Positions 42,669-45,832 of a DNA stretch of 45,832 nt are shown in pieces. The DNA is from Clostridia bacterium. GTDB taxonomy: Bacteria > Bacillota > Clostridia > Oscillospirales > Acutalibacteraceae. Position 1 is the stretch's first letter; every line of letters starts with the position of its first letter. The notes below the pieces were generated by a model. The model worked only from the letters and a program-made list of their open reading frames with translations. It was not told the DNA's origin and made no database searches. Both the position numbers and the translations under genes were made by a program. The stretch spans positions 1-45,832 of the forward strand of contig JAKSQF010000001.1 of assembly GCA_024404235.1 (NCBI GenBank). Direction: 5' to 3'.

Positions 42669-43982
42669 ATGAATTTAAACTATTCCAAAACACTTCCGGT
42701 ACGGTATGACGTGGACGTTTTTGTCATCGGCGGAGGCCCTGCCGGTGTTGCCGCAGCGGTCAGCGCAGCCAATGAAGGACGCAGCGTTTTGCTGGTGGAA
42801 TCGTTCGGTGCATTCGGCGGAGCTGCCGTAAACGCACTGGTACCCGCCTTTATGCAGTTCGGTGACGGCGTCAACTTTTTGGCGGGTGGTATCGGCAAGC
42901 AGGTGCGGGAATACATCCGCGAAAACTGCGTTGCCGAAAGTAAGAAATGCTGTCCCGACAGTATTCCGGTGGAAACCCTGAAACTGTGCTATGATGAAAT
43001 GATCACCAAAGCCGGTGTTCAGTTCCGCTTTTTCACCTCGGTCAGTGATATGATCGTGGAGGACGGCACGGTACAGTATGCCATTTGCTCCGGCAAGGGT
43101 GAGATTTTTGCCGTAAAGGCCAAGATGTTTATTGACTGCACGGGTGACGGAGACGCCGCCGTGGCCGCCGGTGCCGAATTTGAAATGGGCGACGAAAACG
43201 GTGATACCATGGCCGCAACGCTGTGTGCGTTATGGCACAACATCGACTGGAAGCGGGTTGTTCGACCCGACAGCCGTCGCCTGGACGATGCCTTTGCCGA
43301 TCACGTTTTCACCAACGAAGACCGCCACCTGCCCGGCATTTGGCCGATCAGCACCTCGACCGGCGGATCGAATGCGGGACACGTTTACGACATTGACGGT
43401 ACCAGTGCCGAATCGCTGACACGCGGTATGGTTGAGGGTCGCCGCCAGTTATTGGAATACCGTAATTACTATAAGAATTATCTTACGGGCTACGAGGAAT
43501 CCGAGCCGATCATCAGTGCGACCCAAATCGGCATTCGTGAAACGCGCCGTATTATGGGTGACTACGTACTGAACGTAGAGGACTTTTTAAGTCGCGCGGT
43601 ATTTGCAGACGAAATCGGCCGCTACGCCTACCCCATCGACATCCATTCCGGCAAGAATACCGCCGAAGGTTACAAGGAGTATGAAAAGAAATTTGCCGAC
43701 CTGCGTTACAGCAAGGGCGAAAGCTACGGCATCCCCTACCGCTCCATTTTGGTAAAGGGATTGCACAATATGTATACGGCCGGCCGTTGCATTTCAACCG
43801 ACCGTTCCATGCAGGCTTCGGTACGCGTAATGCCCTGTTGCTTTATTACCGGACAGGCCGCCGGCACTGCCGCCGCAATGGCTGTTGAAACCAATGTGGA
43901 CAGCCGCGGTATTGACATCGTCGAATTACAGCGCCGCCTGCAGGAAAACGGCACCTACATTACGCCTGCGGCCGCTGAATAA
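42669..43982 (+). CDS. FAD-dependent oxidoreductase (GxGxxG dinucleotide-binding N terminus)
   Basis: YDVDVFVIGGGPAGVAAAVSAANEGRSVLLVE is a classic FAD/NAD Rossmann motif. It has no signal peptide. I chose ATG 42669 (MNLNYSK) because 42627 falls inside the predicted promoter. GGTGA lies 5 nt upstream. Confidence 0.88.
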   Translation: MNLNYSKTLPVRYDVDVFVIGGGPAGVAAAVSAANEGRSVLLVESFGAFGGAAVNALVPAFMQFGDGVNFLAGGIGKQVREYIRENCVAESKKCCPDSIPVETLKLCYDEMITKAGVQFRFFTSVSDMIVEDGTVQYAICSGKGEIFAVKAKMFIDCTGDGDAAVAAGAEFEMGDENGDTMAATLCALWHNIDWKRVVRPDSRRLDDAFADHVFTNEDRHLPGIWPISTSTGGSNAGHVYDIDGTSAESLTRGMVEGRRQLLEYRNYYKNYLTGYEESEPIISATQIGIRETRRIMGDYVLNVEDFLSRAVFADEIGRYAYPIDIHSGKNTAEGYKEYEKKFADLRYSKGESYGIPYRSILVKGLHNMYTAGRCISTDRSMQASVRVMPCCFITGQAAGTAAAMAVETNVDSRGIDIVELQRRLQENGTYITPAAAE

Positions 43983-44014
43983 TTCCGAAACAAAAATTCA
44001 AATGCAAAACAAAT

Positions 44015-44050
44015 GACCCGCTTTGGTGTATACCAAAGCGGGTCGCTTTT
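44015..44050. terminator. Bidirectional intrinsic terminator between convergent genes
   Basis: gacccgctttggt-gtat-accaaagcgggtc forms a 13-bp perfect stem. GCTTTTATT follows on the + strand and ATTTGTTTTG follows on the minus strand. Confidence 0.85.
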
Positions 44051-44068
44051 ATTCTATTCAATGACAGA

Positions 44069-45706
44069 TCACGCAATGCCTGCCGCGATCTTTTTCAAGC
44101 GTACAAGATCACGCACATCGACAGTCGCATTAGCGTCTATATCATAAACCGAACTGATTACTCTGTGCAACAGCGCCTGCTTCAGCAGAGCAATATCCGT
44201 GCCGTTTACTCTGTTATCACTGTTCAGGTCACCCAAAAGGGCGCCTTTTAACAGTATCACCGTGCCGGTAATCCCCTGCATGCTTTCAGCGCTGTTATAA
44301 ACCGTGCCGACGGAACTGTGCCACATCGGACTGATCTCTATGAGCTGATCAGCCGTTTGGGAAATGACGCTGTTGTTGGCACGGATTACTGCCAATGCAG
44401 TGCAATTTTTGAACATGCTCCTTACTGTCACGCCGGTCAAATCAAGATTGCCAAAGTTGACGGTCATCAAAGAACTGCAACCGGAGAACATCAAATACGC
44501 TGTTTTCATATTGAAAGTATTCAGCTGTTGCAGGTCGGCACCGGTCAAATTCTTACAGCCTGCGAACAATCGCATACCGTTTTCAACGCGGCCGCCTTCT
44601 TCTACCACGACCGTCTTGATTTGATCCTTGTAATTTTCCCACGGCGTTTTGCCGACGGTTGTTGTACTGTTGTTTGTAACCAAGCCGACGATGTGCAAAC
44701 AGCCGGAAACGTCCAGATACCATCCTTCGTCCGTACTGCCCAAGATCGGCCGTACCAGCGTCACCTTGCCGGAAACGGTGCCCAATGCAGTTAAGGTCTT
44801 ACCGGTTGTTTCATCGATCCAATCGAGCGACAGCGTTTTTAACTGCACTGCATCTTTGTTGATAACGTCCGCGCTTGCATTGATTTTTTTCAAAGCCGTA
44901 CAATTGCTGAAAAGCTGCGTCCGATACGTTGCCTTGGCCAAATTGAAATTGCTTACATCCAACACCTGCAGGCTACTGCAATCGGCAAACAGTAAGCGCA
45001 TGGACGCTACCCTTGCGGTGTTAAAATGGCTGAGATCCAGTTCGGTCAAACTGCTGCAACCGTTAAACATATAGTCCATAGCCGTTACCATCGTGGTGTC
45101 GAAATTCTTAATATTCAGCGTTCTTAAATTACTGCAACCGGCGAACATAGAGGCCATATTCATTACCCTTGCGGTATTGAAATTGCCGAGATCCAACTCC
45201 GTCAAGCTGCTGCAATTCGCAAACATACTGTGCATCAACGTCACTTTTGTAGTATTAAAGCCGCTTAAATTAAGAGAAGTCAAGCTGCTGCAACCGTTAA
45301 ACATATGGTACATTTCCATAACGTTTGATGTATCAATACCGGTGAGATTTACGGTCTTTAAGCTGCTGCAGTCACGGAACATACCGGACAGAGTGTTTGC
45401 ACTTGAGGTATCCAAGTGGCTTAGGTCAGCCGAAACCATATTGGTGCATCCGGCAAACAGCGAAGCACCGCTGTCGATCTTTGCACCGTCCTGCGTAATC
45501 ACCGAGGTGATTCTCGTTACGTAGTTGTGCCACGGTGATTCCTTTGTATAGTAAGCATCATTTTCCACCGAGCCGAAAATACGCAGGCGGCCCTTGTCAT
45601 CAATTTCCCAGCTTCTATCGGTGGCGATATACATCGCATGAACCGTTGGCATCAATGCAAAACACATCGCCACGCAGAGAAATAAACTGATGATTCTCTT
45701 TTTCAT
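44069..45706 (-). CDS. Secreted BspA-type leucine-rich-repeat protein with C-terminal dockerin
   Basis: 545 aa starting MKKRIISLFLCVAMCFALMPTVHA. It has many ~23-aa repeats of the form F..C.SL..(L/V)(N/D)L..F.T..V..M..MF (LRR_5/BspA type). The C-terminal dockerin (44072-44230) reads DLNSDNRVNGTDIALLKQ...DIDANATVDVRDLVRLKK. Confidence 0.9.
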   Translation of the reverse strand: MKKRIISLFLCVAMCFALMPTVHAMYIATDRSWEIDDKGRLRIFGSVENDAYYTKESPWHNYVTRITSVITQDGAKIDSGASLFAGCTNMVSADLSHLDTSSANTLSGMFRDCSSLKTVNLTGIDTSNVMEMYHMFNGCSSLTSLNLSGFNTTKVTLMHSMFANCSSLTELDLGNFNTARVMNMASMFAGCSNLRTLNIKNFDTTMVTAMDYMFNGCSSLTELDLSHFNTARVASMRLLFADCSSLQVLDVSNFNLAKATYRTQLFSNCTALKKINASADVINKDAVQLKTLSLDWIDETTGKTLTALGTVSGKVTLVRPILGSTDEGWYLDVSGCLHIVGLVTNNSTTTVGKTPWENYKDQIKTVVVEEGGRVENGMRLFAGCKNLTGADLQQLNTFNMKTAYLMFSGCSSLMTVNFGNLDLTGVTVRSMFKNCTALAVIRANNSVISQTADQLIEISPMWHSSVGTVYNSAESMQGITGTVILLKGALLGDLNSDNRVNGTDIALLKQALLHRVISSVYDIDANATVDVRDLVRLKKIAAGIA

Positions 45707-45731
45707 ACCGTTCTCCCTTTATAATAAACTT

Positions 45732-45832
45732 TTATGCAATGCCCGCAACAAGTAATTTGAGGTAGACAAGGTCACGCACGTCGACGGTCTTGTCACCGTT
45801 GATATCGCAATATGAACTGCCAAGCTCGAACA
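45732..45832 (-). CDS. 3' end of another dockerin-bearing protein (N-terminal part outside the window)
   Basis: The minus-strand translation is ..FELGSSYCDINGDKTVDVRDLVYLKLLVAGIA-TAA (stop at 45734..45732). This is the second half of a dockerin, and it ends like the neighbouring gene (..KKIAAGIA). Confidence 0.7.
   Translation of the reverse strand, partial: FELGSSYCDINGDKTVDVRDLVYLKLLVAGIA

Noticed and set aside
1-45832. Mobile elements, prophage, defence systems, tRNA/rRNA genes.
   Set aside because: I recognised no transposase, integrase or recombinase motifs, no terminal inverted repeats flanking a block, no nuclease, helicase or methylase signatures and no structured RNA genes. Apart from the two promoter regions, the composition is uniform.

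Overview
This window looks like a Gram-positive (Firmicutes, probably a dockerin-bearing Ruminococcus/Oscillospiraceae-like organism, about 50% GC) polysaccharide-utilisation locus. Nearly all genes are on the minus strand. I read two long, tightly packed minus-strand operons. Operon A runs about 28305 -> 1. It encodes a ~950-aa substrate-binding protein (SBP) with CBM-like N-terminal domains and 2 ABC permeases. Next come an NHL-TPR-Yip1 membrane protein, a DUF5696-like anchored ectoprotein, 2 more permeases and a lipoprotein SBP. It continues with a cytoplasmic GH38 alpha-mannosidase, a GH42-like enzyme, a secreted GH55-like double beta-helix enzyme, two paralogous surface proteins, a nonsense-interrupted esterase and a third paralog. 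Operon B runs about 42535 -> 29648. It encodes a second GH38, a lipoprotein GH55-like paralog, a 279-aa anchored single-module protein and a 2072-aa anchored giant protein with an SGNH/SASA-type esterase domain and tandem modules. An AraR-type (GntR winged-helix plus sugar-binding domain) regulator lies between the operons on the + strand. An FAD-dependent oxidoreductase is transcribed divergently from operon B. Both AT-rich divergent promoter regions carry the same ATTTGTATTA box, including a 7-1-7 palindrome, so I propose one regulon. The right end holds a dockerin-bearing BspA-type LRR protein and the C-terminal dockerin of another protein. I saw no rRNA, tRNA, CRISPR array, transposase/integrase or recognisable defence genes. 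The best candidate for an undescribed system is the importer assembly at 15430..28250: two ATPase-less ABC importers bracketing a Yip1-fusion protein and a DUF5696-like protein. A second candidate is an uncharacterised beta-sandwich module family shared by seven secreted proteins of the locus. All family names come from motifs recognised by eye. No database or HMM search was run.
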